Below are positions 1-8,651 of a stretch of DNA of 64,000 nt, piece after piece (positions within the stretch are counted from its first letter, which is position 1; the number at the start of each line of letters is the position of its first letter). Source of the stretch: Candidatus Jorgensenbacteria bacterium GW2011_GWA1_48_11 (GTDB lineage Bacteria; Patescibacteriota; Minisyncoccia; UBA6257; GWB1-50-10); contig LCPF01000001.1 in the NCBI GenBank assembly GCA_001003475.1, positions 234,571 to 298,570 on the forward strand. The letters run 5' to 3'. The translations under genes were made by a program, and so were the position numbers. Under the pieces are notes generated by a model. That model was not told the DNA's origin and did no database searches. It saw only the letters and a list, made by a program, of their open reading frames with translations.

Positions 1-1087
1 CGCTCTCATTATGAACCCGAAAGTTTGGGAGGCTTCGGGTCATGTTTCCGGTTTTGCTGATGCTTTGGTTGAGTGCAAAAAATGCCATCACCGCTTTAAA
101 GCCGACGAAACGAAAGGAGACGAATGTCCTGATTGCGGCGGCAAACTTACCGGAGCCAAACAATTCAATTTGATGTTCAAAACCTTTGTTGGGGCGAGTG
201 AAGACAGTTCATCAGTTGCTTACTTGCGGCCCGAAACCGCCGGCGGCATTTTCGTGAATTTCAAGAACACGCTTTCTACAAACCGGCTCAAAATTCCTTT
301 TGGCATTGCCCAGATCGGTAAGGCTTTCCGGAACGAGATTAATCCCAAGGATTTTGTTTTTCGTACGCGGGAGTTCAAGCAAATGGAGCTGGAATATTTC
401 GTGAAGCCGGGCGAAGACGAAAAAATTTTTAACGAGTGGGTGGAAAGACGTTTTGCGTGGTATAAGACCATCGGCCTTGGGGACGTGCGAAAGCGCGAGC
501 AAACAAAAGAGGAGCGGGCGCATTATTCCAAAGCGACGACCGACATCGAGTACGAATTTCCTTTCGGCTGGCAGGAAATCGAGGGTATTGCGAACCGCGG
601 CAATTTCGACCTTAGTGCTCACGCCAAGGCTTCCGGTCAGGACTTTTCGTATCTCGACGAAGAAACAAAAGAACGCTTCATTCCTTACGTGATAGAGCCC
701 TCGGCCGGAGAAGAACGCATTGCGCTTGCGCTTCTCTGCGACGCTTATACGGAGGAAAAAGAGCGGGTGGTTTTGAAATTCCATCCCAAAATAGCACCCG
801 TTAAGGTGGCAATTTTTCCGCTTCTGGCAAATAAGCCCGAGCTCGTGAAACTTGCCCGTAAAATTTACGAAGAATTAAGGCTGGAATATACGGCGGTTTG
901 GGACGATAGGGGAAATATCGGCAAACGCTATTATGCTCAGGACGAGATCGGCACGCCCTACTGTATTACGGTTGATTTCGACAGTTTGGAAAAAAGCGAT
1001 GTTACGGTGCGCGATCGGGATTCGATGAAACAGGAAAGGATAAAGATGAAAGACTTGAAAGAGTATTTGAATGGAAAAATCGTTTGA
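1..1087 (+). CDS. glyQS: Glycyl-tRNA synthetase (dimeric class II GlyRS), C-terminal part; 5' end lies upstream of the window
   Basis: ORF 11..1087 is open to the window edge in the same frame. The C-terminal catalytic-core and anticodon-binding region of alpha2-type GlyRS is recognisable (…FRNEINPKDFVFRTREFKQMELEYF…, zinc-ribbon-like CxxC…CxxC insert). Confidence 0.75.
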   Translation, partial: ALIMNPKVWEASGHVSGFADALVECKKCHHRFKADETKGDECPDCGGKLTGAKQFNLMFKTFVGASEDSSSVAYLRPETAGGIFVNFKNTLSTNRLKIPFGIAQIGKAFRNEINPKDFVFRTREFKQMELEYFVKPGEDEKIFNEWVERRFAWYKTIGLGDVRKREQTKEERAHYSKATTDIEYEFPFGWQEIEGIANRGNFDLSAHAKASGQDFSYLDEETKERFIPYVIEPSAGEERIALALLCDAYTEEKERVVLKFHPKIAPVKVAIFPLLANKPELVKLARKIYEELRLEYTAVWDDRGNIGKRYYAQDEIGTPYCITVDFDSLEKSDVTVRDRDSMKQERIKMKDLKEYLNGKIV

Positions 1088-2342
1088 AAAGAAAGTGCTG
1101 GCGAACGGCCTGCGGGTGATCTTGGTGCCGGAATCGCAGAGTTTGGCGACGACCGCCCTGGTTTTGGTCGAGGCCGGCTCCAAATACGAAACTAAGGACA
1201 TCAACGGCCTCTCCCATTTCTTGGAGCACATATGTTTTAAAGGAACGAAAGCCCGGCCGCGGGCGATCGACATCGCGAGCGAACTCGACGGTTTGGGCGC
1301 GCAATACAACGCTTTCACTTCACAGGAATACACCGGTTATTACACCAAGGTTCGGAACGAAAAGATAGATAAGGCATTGGAGATAATCACCGATCTCTAC
1401 ATCGATCCGGTCTTCGACGAAAAAGAGATCGAAAAAGAAAAAGGCGTGATCATCGAAGAAATGAATTTGTACGAGGATACGCCCTACCGCAAGATCCAGG
1501 ACCTGTTTTTGGGTCTGGTTTACGGCGATCAGCCGGCTGGCTGGGCCGTGTTGGGCCGGAAAGAAGTGATTTTAAAATTGAAGCGCAGCGATTTTCTGGC
1601 TTACCGGCGCCGGCATTATTTGCCGCAGTCGACGGTCGTTATCGTGGCCGGCGGTTTTCAAAAAGAAAAAATGCTGGAACAAATCGAAGCGCATTTTTCA
1701 AAATTACCGGGCGGCGGAAAAGAAAAAAAGATCCCAGTCGCGGAATCCCAGTCGAAACCTGAAGAAATCATCAGGTTTAAAGAATCCGATCAAACGCATT
1801 TGGTTTTGGGCTTTCGGGCTTTCAGCGCTTTCGACGAGAGGAAGTACGCGCTTGAAGTCCTGGCCGACATTTTGGGCGGCGGCATGGGCTCGCGGCTTTT
1901 CCAGAAGATTCGGGAAGAAATGGGGGCGGCTTATTATGTCCGGGCTTCGACTGATCTTTCTACTGATCACGGCTTGATGACGGTTTCGGCCGGGGTCCAG
2001 CATCAGAAAGTGGAAGCCGTAATCCAGGTTATTTTGGAGGAGTTTAATCGTCTGGCCAAAGAGAGGGTTTTGCCCGCCGATCTTCAGAGGGCCAAGGAGC
2101 ATTTGGTGGGCAACCTGTTCTTGTCTTTGGAAACGTCAGACGAAACCAGCTCCTTTTACGGCGTTCAGGAAATAATGGGTTTGGAACCGATCTCGCCCCA
2201 AGCCGTAGCCCGGAAGATTCAGGCGGTGACGAGCGAGGAAATCCAGGCAGCGGCCAAATCCCTTTTTAATAACGAGAGCCTGAACTTGGCCTTGATCGGG
2301 CCCTTTAAAGAGAAAACCTTTATTGATATATTAAAGGTATGA
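1071..2342 (+). CDS. M16-family zinc metallopeptidase (insulinase/PqqL-like)
   Basis: An inverted zinc motif HxxEH (HFLEH) sits near the N-terminus with the Glu-rich region downstream; 423 aa; overlaps the glyQS end by 17 nt. Confidence 0.8.
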   Translation: MEKSFEKKVLANGLRVILVPESQSLATTALVLVEAGSKYETKDINGLSHFLEHICFKGTKARPRAIDIASELDGLGAQYNAFTSQEYTGYYTKVRNEKIDKALEIITDLYIDPVFDEKEIEKEKGVIIEEMNLYEDTPYRKIQDLFLGLVYGDQPAGWAVLGRKEVILKLKRSDFLAYRRRHYLPQSTVVIVAGGFQKEKMLEQIEAHFSKLPGGGKEKKIPVAESQSKPEEIIRFKESDQTHLVLGFRAFSAFDERKYALEVLADILGGGMGSRLFQKIREEMGAAYYVRASTDLSTDHGLMTVSAGVQHQKVEAVIQVILEEFNRLAKERVLPADLQRAKEHLVGNLFLSLETSDETSSFYGVQEIMGLEPISPQAVARKIQAVTSEEIQAAAKSLFNNESLNLALIGPFKEKTFIDILKV

Positions 2343-3355
2343 GCGAAAAATTCGAGATCGGCTGGCGGACCATTTTTCGGGTCATCTTTTTTCTGCTCCT
2401 TATTTATTTCATTTACGTGGCGCGGGAAGCCCTCGGCGTGCTTTTAACCGCAATGGTGATTGCTATGGGCATTGATCCGATAGTCAGTTTCTTGGAAACG
2501 AAAAGACTCAATCGTTTATTGGGAACAATCATCGTTTTTTTGACCGGTATTTTCCTTTTAAGCACGGCGGTTTATTTCGTGTTGCCCGTCCTTCTCTATG
2601 AGGCTGCGGGTTTCTTGGAGCACGTAAATCGGGCCGTCGCCAGCATAATCGGTTTGGGCTTGCCGCCGGTTTTGATCCAAAGCTTGAGTTCCAGTCTTGA
2701 CAAGGTGCTTGGCTTTTTCACGGGCGCCAATTTTTCTTTGACGGGCGCCATTTCGACGGTGGTGACCCGGGTAGTGCTCGTAATTTCCACCATTCTCGTT
2801 TCTTTTTATTTGTCCGTCGAGCAGAACGGCGTCGAGCGTTTACTCCGGGTGATTTTGCCGGATTTCTACGAAAAATCGGTTTTGTCGATTTTCGTCCGTT
2901 TCAAGGTTAGGATTCGGCGCTGGTTCGTGACGCAATTGGGTTTGAGTTTGCTGATCGGCGTGATTTACGGATTGGGCATGTGGCTTTTGGGCGTGGATTA
3001 CGCCCTGGTCTTGGGCATTATGGGCGCCATCTTCGAACTCGTGCCGGTTATCGGCCCGGTGCTTTCGGGGGCGGTTATGGTTTTGGTTGCGGTCTCCCAG
3101 TCTTTCTCCTTGGGTCTTTACGCCCTGCTTTTCGCTTTTATCGTCCAGCAGCTCGAGGGTCATATCCTGATCCCGATCATCATGGGTCGGGCCATGAAAG
3201 TTCATCCGGTTGTGGTCATTATTGCTCTTTTGGCGGGCGCCGAGATCGCCGGTTTCGTGGGCATCGTCCTTTCGGTGCCGATTGCGGTGATGGCTCAAGA
3301 AACCTTCAATTATTTTTCCGAGAAAAAGAGCAGCCGGACCAGTTTGGATATTTAG
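2339..3355 (+). CDS. AI-2E family transporter (UPF0118/PerM-like permease)
   Basis: 338-aa polytopic membrane protein with the family's typical topology and C-terminal motif; start overlaps the upstream stop (ATGA). Confidence 0.65.
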   Translation: MSEKFEIGWRTIFRVIFFLLLIYFIYVAREALGVLLTAMVIAMGIDPIVSFLETKRLNRLLGTIIVFLTGIFLLSTAVYFVLPVLLYEAAGFLEHVNRAVASIIGLGLPPVLIQSLSSSLDKVLGFFTGANFSLTGAISTVVTRVVLVISTILVSFYLSVEQNGVERLLRVILPDFYEKSVLSIFVRFKVRIRRWFVTQLGLSLLIGVIYGLGMWLLGVDYALVLGIMGAIFELVPVIGPVLSGAVMVLVAVSQSFSLGLYALLFAFIVQQLEGHILIPIIMGRAMKVHPVVVIIALLAGAEIAGFVGIVLSVPIAVMAQETFNYFSEKKSSRTSLDI

Positions 3356-3358
3356 GAA

Positions 3359-4189
3359 ATGTCGAAGTTTTTTGACGCGCATACGCATGCTCAGTTCGCG
3401 GCCTATGACGAAGACCGCGATTTTGTTATTAAGCGGGCTTTAGCCGCGGGTGTCGGCATGGTGAACGTGGGTACGACCCGGATGACATCCGAGGCCGCGG
3501 TTGGGCTGGCGCATCGATATTCCGGAATTTGTTTTGCGACTATCGGCGTCCATCCGAGTCACGCTTCGGTCTCGGAATACGTGGACCCGGATGAAATGGC
3601 CTCTGGCGGCGAAGAAAGATTGGAAATCGAATTGTACAAGAAACTGGCCGCGGACCCGGCCGTGGTCGCGATCGGAGAATGCGGTTTGGATTTTTTCCGC
3701 GTGACCGGCGAGGCGGTCCGGGAAAAGCAGAAAGCTCTTTTTGGCGAACACGTTGCTTTCGCGCACGACGTTAAAAAACCGCTGATGATCCATTGCCGGC
3801 AGGCGTTTCCGGAGCTTACCGCTATCCTGCAATCGCGCCGCTCCGAGCTTTTGAATCCGGCTGGCATTGTTCATTTTTTCACGGGCACGGAGGCGGAAGC
3901 GGAGGAACTTTTGAATCTGGGATTTTATTTTACCTTCGGTGGCGTTATCACTTTCGTCCGTGATTACGACCGGGTTATTAAAACGATCCCAATGGAGAGA
4001 ATTTTATCCGAAACCGATGCGCCCTACGTAACGCCAGTGCCCCATCGCGGTCGGCGCAACGAACCGGCTTATGTCACGGAAGTCGTGAAAAAGCTGGCCG
4101 AATTAAAAAACGTTTCGATCGAGGAGATGGCGGCGCAAATTTTGAAAAATGCGGAGCGAGTATTTGGTATTAACTTTTCCAGTCTTTGA
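3359..4189 (+). CDS. tatD: TatD-family metal-dependent hydrolase/DNase
   Basis: N-terminal FDAHTHAQF metal-binding motif and His/Glu/Asp ligands spread through a 276-aa TIM-barrel-sized protein. Confidence 0.8.
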   Translation: MSKFFDAHTHAQFAAYDEDRDFVIKRALAAGVGMVNVGTTRMTSEAAVGLAHRYSGICFATIGVHPSHASVSEYVDPDEMASGGEERLEIELYKKLAADPAVVAIGECGLDFFRVTGEAVREKQKALFGEHVAFAHDVKKPLMIHCRQAFPELTAILQSRRSELLNPAGIVHFFTGTEAEAEELLNLGFYFTFGGVITFVRDYDRVIKTIPMERILSETDAPYVTPVPHRGRRNEPAYVTEVVKKLAELKNVSIEEMAAQILKNAERVFGINFSSL

Positions 4190-4343
4190 TTACGATTTCT
4201 TTGCCGCGCTTTTCCACAACGACTTTCTGTGTTTCCTTCCAGCCGAATTCGCGGACAAGCTGAATCGGCAGGGTAATATAGTAACTCCTCTTTGATTTCT
4301 GGATATTTCTAATATTCTCATTAGCCAATTCTCTCCTTGTCAT
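4170..4343 (-). CDS. 57-aa AbrB/MazE/SpoVT-type (swapped-hairpin) DNA-binding mini-protein; not in the ORF track because it is under 60 aa
   Basis: Hand-translated minus-strand ORF: MTRRELANENIRNIQKSKRSYYITLPIQLVREFGWKETQKVVVEKRGKEIVIKDWKS. The '…ITLPIQLVREFGWKEGQ…VxVE…G..IVIK' pattern matches AbrB/MazE looped-hinge-helix proteins. An extended -10 TGATATAAT lies 7 nt upstream and the 32-bp palindrome 17 nt upstream. The ORF overlaps the tatD 3' end by 20 nt. Confidence 0.55.
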   Translation of the reverse strand: MTRRELANENIRNIQKSKRSYYITLPIQLVREFGWKETQKVVVEKRGKEIVIKDWKS

Positions 4344-4359
4344 AAAGATTATTATATCA

Positions 4360-4391
4360 CAGTTGCCCTAGGTTATAACCTAGGGCAACTG
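4360..4391. promoter_or_regulatory. 32-bp perfect palindrome CAGTTGCCCTAGGTTATAACCTAGGGCAACTG; candidate operator between divergent promoters
   Basis: The sequence is its own exact reverse complement over 32 bp. On the minus side it is followed by TGATATAAT and the AbrB-like ORF. On the plus side it is followed by TTGACA, about 100 bp, an AAGGAG Shine-Dalgarno site and the GC-rich ORF. Confidence 0.6.
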
Positions 4392-4499
4392 ATATTGACA
4401 TTGGGGAGTGGGAAGGTGGATTATTTAGGTACTTAGCCTCAATTCCGGGGCAGGGTCGGGATGGATAATCCCGGGCACCTTTACAACAAGGAGCAAGCC

Positions 4500-5123
4500 A
4501 TGAGTAGTCGTCGTCGTGGCCGGATAAGCCCCAAGCGTGCCCGAGAGATCATGGGTCAGAACTTCTTCGGCATCGAGGAAGCGATTTGGCATTTCGGGGT
4601 GAAGCCCACGCGCGCGGGGCTCTCGACTTTGGCCGAGACCTCATTCCGAGAAGTTATTCTTCGTGAATGCGGGAACACGCACGTTCTCGTTGCCATTCTT
4701 CCGCTCTCGATCCTCGGGATTCGGCGGAGAGTCGGACGCAAGCTCTTCCACAACCACCCGGGCGCCTGGTACGACAGCGAGTCTTTCGCGAAAGTGAAGG
4801 GCGAGGCTTGTTGGCAGCTCGTCCGGAAGACCCCGATCGACAAGAATTTCGGTTCGAAGACCAGGGATGAAGAACAGGCCCTTCTCGGCGAGGACGAAGG
4901 AGTCCCTTCGGCCCGGGTGTTGGTCTACACCACGATCGGCCACTACCTCGCGACTGGCGAGCGGCTCTTCGAACGGGCCTATGCCCGCTCGTCGGACGTG
5001 GATTCGGACGGCGACCATGTCGTCGTCGGCTTCTTCAACTCAGTTGGTCTCGACATAGACCGCTACTGGGACAGCGTCCGCGTCGACAATACCGGTCCTG
5101 CTTCCGCCTTGAAGTTGGACTGA
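4500..5123 (+). CDS. Hypothetical protein, unusually GC-rich (about 60% against about 50% for the flanks)
   Basis: ORF 4461..5123; the preferred start is ATG at 4500, 6 nt after AAGGAG. No recognisable motifs. Composition and codon usage are distinct from the neighbours. Confidence 0.45.
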   Translation: MSSRRRGRISPKRAREIMGQNFFGIEEAIWHFGVKPTRAGLSTLAETSFREVILRECGNTHVLVAILPLSILGIRRRVGRKLFHNHPGAWYDSESFAKVKGEACWQLVRKTPIDKNFGSKTRDEEQALLGEDEGVPSARVLVYTTIGHYLATGERLFERAYARSSDVDSDGDHVVVGFFNSVGLDIDRYWDSVRVDNTGPASALKLD

Positions 5124-5276
5124 ACCTCCGTCTGCCGACAGGCGGGCCGCAGTTCTTCCGTCTGGAGCGGAATGATCACCTTGAGCCTTCGGCGTATCCG
5201 CGATTTTTGCGGATTGCGCCGGAGGCTCTGTTTTTATTGAGAAAACGAAGAAATGCCGCTAGAATATTGAATATCA

Positions 5277-7703
5277 ATGCCAAAGTACGATTTCAGAAAG
5301 ATCGAGCCAAAATGGCAAAAGAAGTGGCTTTCCGAAAGGCTTTATGAGCCGGATCTGAAATCGGCTAAAAAGCCGTTCTATAACCTGATGATGTTCCCTT
5401 ATCCTTCGGCTGAGGGCCTGCACGTCGGGAACATGTACGCTTTCGTGGGTTCGGATATCTACGGCCGGATGAAACGGATGCAGGGCTACGACGTGTTTCA
5501 GCCGATCGGGCTCGACGGTTTCGGCATCCATTCGGAAAATTACGCTTTGAAGATCGGTACCCATCCAATGGATCAGTCAAAAATTTCCCAAGAGCGTTTT
5601 TACAAACAACTTGAAGAAATCGGCAATGGCTTTGCTTGGGACGAGAAACTCGAGACCTACGATCCGAAATATTACAAATGGACCCAGTGGATCTTTACGC
5701 AAATGTTCAAGAACGGTTTGGCTTATCGGAAACGTCAGGCCGTGAATTGGTGCCCGAAGGACCTCACGGTTTTGGCTGATGAGCAGGTTGTGGGTGGTAA
5801 GTGCGAGCGTTGCGGCGCCGAAGTCATAAAAAAGGATTTGGAGCAGTGGTTTTTCCGGATTACTAAATACGCGGATAAGCTCTTGGCGAATCTGGAGAAA
5901 ATCGATTGGTCGGAAAGAGTGAAGATCGCTCAAAAGAACTGGATCGGAAAATCTGAAGGAGCGTTAATAAAATTCAAAATTCAGAATTCAGAATTTGAAA
6001 TTGAGGTGTTTACGACCAGGCCGGACACCTTATTCGGCGCGACTTACATGGTTTTGTCACCGGAGCATGAACTTATCAAGAATCAAGAATCTAGAATTGA
6101 GAATTTAGAAGAAGTTAAAAAATACATTGTCACAGTCGGGAAAAAATCCGAAACGGAAAGAGTTGCCGAAGGCAAAGAAAAAACCGGCGTGGAACTAAAA
6201 GGCATTAAAGCCGTTAATCCGGCGAATAAGGAGGAAATTCCGATTTTCGTGGCCGATTATGTTCTTTCGTCTTACGGCACGGGCGCGATTATGGCTGTGC
6301 CGGCTCATGACGAACGGGATTTCGAGTTCGCGAAAAAATACAACTTACCGATAAAGATGGTTATCTGTCCAAATTATCCGGCGCCGGTTTGCCCCATCTT
6401 GGATGCCGCCTACGTTGATAGTGGTTATCTTGTCGGTTCCGGAGAGTTTGATGGTCTGCCGGCCGAAAAAGCCAAATGGGAAATCACGAAATTCGTTCAC
6501 GGCAAAAGGAAAGTTCAGTATCGTTTGCGCGACTGGCTTGTGTCTCGCCAGCGTTACTGGGGCGTCCCAATTCCGATGATCCATTGCGAGAAATGTGATT
6601 GGCAGCCGGTGCCGGAAAAAGATTTGCCCGTGGAGTTGCCGCATATCAAAAATTTTCGGCCGAAAGGCAAAGGCGAATCACCCCTGGCGAGCGACAAATC
6701 TTTTTACGAAACGAAATGCCCAAAGTGCGGCGGCAAAGCCCGGCGGGAAACGGACGTTTCCGACACGTTTCTTGACTCTGCGTGGTATTACATCAGATAT
6801 CCGTCGGTTAATGTGGAAAATTCAAGTTTGAAGATTGGAAATTCGAAATTGGAAATTCCGTGGAATTCAGAAATTACACGGCGGTGGTTGCCGGTCAGTC
6901 TTTATACCGGCGGGGCCGAGCATTCCGTGCTCCATCTTTTGTACGTCCGGTTCATGGCCATGGTTTTTCACGACTGGGGACTGCTGGATTTCGAAGAGCC
7001 TTTTCCGAAATTCCGCGCCCACGGCCTTTTGATAAAAGAAGGCGCCAAAATGTCCAAATCCAAGGGTAACATCGTTAATCCGGATTTTTACATCAAGGAA
7101 TTCGGCGCCGACACATTGCGAATGTATTTGATGTTTTTGGCGCCATTCGAGCAGGGCGGCGATTTCCGCGACGCCAGCATTTTGGGCATCTCGAGATTTT
7201 TGGAGAGAGTTTGGAAATTGGGCAATTCCGAATTCAAAAAATTTTCATCGGAACAGTTGCTTCATAAGACCATTAAAAAGATCACGGAGGATATCGAAAA
7301 TCTGCATTACAATACGGCCATTAGCGCTTTAATGATATTGTTGAATGCCTTTGAAAGCGATGGTGTAAGCCAAAAACAATTTGAAACTTTCTTGAAACTT
7401 TTGGCGCCTTTCGCGCCGCATGTAACCGAAGAAATGTGGCACGGCCTGGGCAACAAAACATCCGTTCATAAGGAAGGATGGCCGCAGCATGACAAAAAAT
7501 TAATTCAAGATGAAACAATTTTGTTCATTGTTCAAATAAACGGCAAACATCGGGCGACGATTGGCGCGGTTGCCGGACTTCCTCAAGAAGAAGCCGAAAC
7601 TTTGGTAAGGCAGGACGAAAAAGTCGGTAAATTATTGGCTAATCGGGAAATTAAGAAAATTATTTTCGTGCCCGACCGGCTCATTAATTTTGTATTAGAA
7701 TGA
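5277..7703 (+). CDS. leuS: Leucyl-tRNA synthetase
   Basis: 808 aa with N-terminal MPKYDF…WQKKW, an editing (CP1) domain and KMSKSKGN. It contains several AT-rich low-complexity in-frame inserts (KFKIQNSEFEIEV, VENSSLKIGNSKLEIPWNSEI). Confidence 0.9.
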   Translation: MPKYDFRKIEPKWQKKWLSERLYEPDLKSAKKPFYNLMMFPYPSAEGLHVGNMYAFVGSDIYGRMKRMQGYDVFQPIGLDGFGIHSENYALKIGTHPMDQSKISQERFYKQLEEIGNGFAWDEKLETYDPKYYKWTQWIFTQMFKNGLAYRKRQAVNWCPKDLTVLADEQVVGGKCERCGAEVIKKDLEQWFFRITKYADKLLANLEKIDWSERVKIAQKNWIGKSEGALIKFKIQNSEFEIEVFTTRPDTLFGATYMVLSPEHELIKNQESRIENLEEVKKYIVTVGKKSETERVAEGKEKTGVELKGIKAVNPANKEEIPIFVADYVLSSYGTGAIMAVPAHDERDFEFAKKYNLPIKMVICPNYPAPVCPILDAAYVDSGYLVGSGEFDGLPAEKAKWEITKFVHGKRKVQYRLRDWLVSRQRYWGVPIPMIHCEKCDWQPVPEKDLPVELPHIKNFRPKGKGESPLASDKSFYETKCPKCGGKARRETDVSDTFLDSAWYYIRYPSVNVENSSLKIGNSKLEIPWNSEITRRWLPVSLYTGGAEHSVLHLLYVRFMAMVFHDWGLLDFEEPFPKFRAHGLLIKEGAKMSKSKGNIVNPDFYIKEFGADTLRMYLMFLAPFEQGGDFRDASILGISRFLERVWKLGNSEFKKFSSEQLLHKTIKKITEDIENLHYNTAISALMILLNAFESDGVSQKQFETFLKLLAPFAPHVTEEMWHGLGNKTSVHKEGWPQHDKKLIQDETILFIVQINGKHRATIGAVAGLPQEEAETLVRQDEKVGKLLANREIKKIIFVPDRLINFVLE

Positions 7704-7707
7704 ACCC

Positions 7708-8646
7708 ATGACCAAATTTTTCGAAGTATTGATTTTCATTATTTTAATAATCGCCGCTTTTTTGATGATTTCCCATTTTGTGACGACCGTTAAGTTCGGC
7801 CAGTATCTTTATCTGGTGAAACCGAGATTTTCCCCCTCACCCCCCCAAGTCGTTACGCCGGCGCCGGTGCTCCAGCCAAGAACTTCGTTATCGTATACGT
7901 CGCCTTCGGTGCGGCCGACCCAACCGACTCAACCGATCCAGCCGGTGCGGCCGACCGTGATGCCGCCGCCGGGCTTCACATTGGGCGATCTCTCGCCTTT
8001 TTACGGCAAGGTTAGGATAGGTTACGTCACCACTTTTTCTTATCTCGGTTCGGGCAACCGGATAAATCTGGTGAGCGATTATTCTTTGGATACGAATTTG
8101 GATATCACGGGTTGGCGGTTCAGGAACAATAAAGGGCAGGAAGTCACGATTCCCCAGGCCGTCAATCTTTTCCCGCCGCATTTGGTTTCGTCCCTCGGCG
8201 ACATCATTCTGGGACGGAGCACCAATGTTTATTTTTTCAATTCTTCGAGTCACGGCCCCAGCCTCCATTTGAACAAATGCACCGGCTATTTGAACGGGAT
8301 TTACCGTTATGATCCGGTCCTGCCAAAAAACTGTCCCTATATTGACAGGAGCAGCATTTCCCATCTTTCGGGCCAGTGCCAGAATTTCATTTTGTCCCTG
8401 GGTTCTTGTGAAACGCCGGATTTGAACAAATTTTATTCTTCGGTCCGAAGCGACGATACGGCCTGCCGTTCCTATATAGATAATTTCAGTTACCGCGGCT
8501 GTTACGCGCGTTATTCAGGCGATTCGAATTTTATTTCCAATGAGTGGCGGATTTGGCTGGACGGCCAGCTGCCGCTCGATCCCAGTCACGACCGGGTGGA
8601 ACTTTTGGACAGGAATGGACTTTTGGTCAGCCTCTATTCTTACTAG
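7708..8646 (+). CDS. Membrane-anchored secreted protein with a Pro-rich linker and a Cys-containing C-terminal domain (possibly lamin-tail-domain-like)
   Basis: N-terminal TM helix, a PQVVTPAPVLQP…PTQPTQPIQPVRP linker, then a …DITGWRFRNNKGQEVTIP… segment resembling LTD beta-sandwich proteins; 10 Cys in the C-terminal half. Confidence 0.5.
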   Translation: MTKFFEVLIFIILIIAAFLMISHFVTTVKFGQYLYLVKPRFSPSPPQVVTPAPVLQPRTSLSYTSPSVRPTQPTQPIQPVRPTVMPPPGFTLGDLSPFYGKVRIGYVTTFSYLGSGNRINLVSDYSLDTNLDITGWRFRNNKGQEVTIPQAVNLFPPHLVSSLGDIILGRSTNVYFFNSSSHGPSLHLNKCTGYLNGIYRYDPVLPKNCPYIDRSSISHLSGQCQNFILSLGSCETPDLNKFYSSVRSDDTACRSYIDNFSYRGCYARYSGDSNFISNEWRIWLDGQLPLDPSHDRVELLDRNGLLVSLYSY

Positions 8647-8651
8647 ATTTT

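Noticed and set aside
212-3388. Many antisense or overlapping ORFs in the track, for example 212..784(-), 875..1333(-), 1704..2102(-), 2840..3388(-), 2980..3375(+)
   Set aside because: They lie entirely within, and opposite to, well-supported genes (glyQS, the M16 peptidase, the AI-2E transporter). They have no motifs and are shadow ORFs typical of roughly 50% GC DNA.
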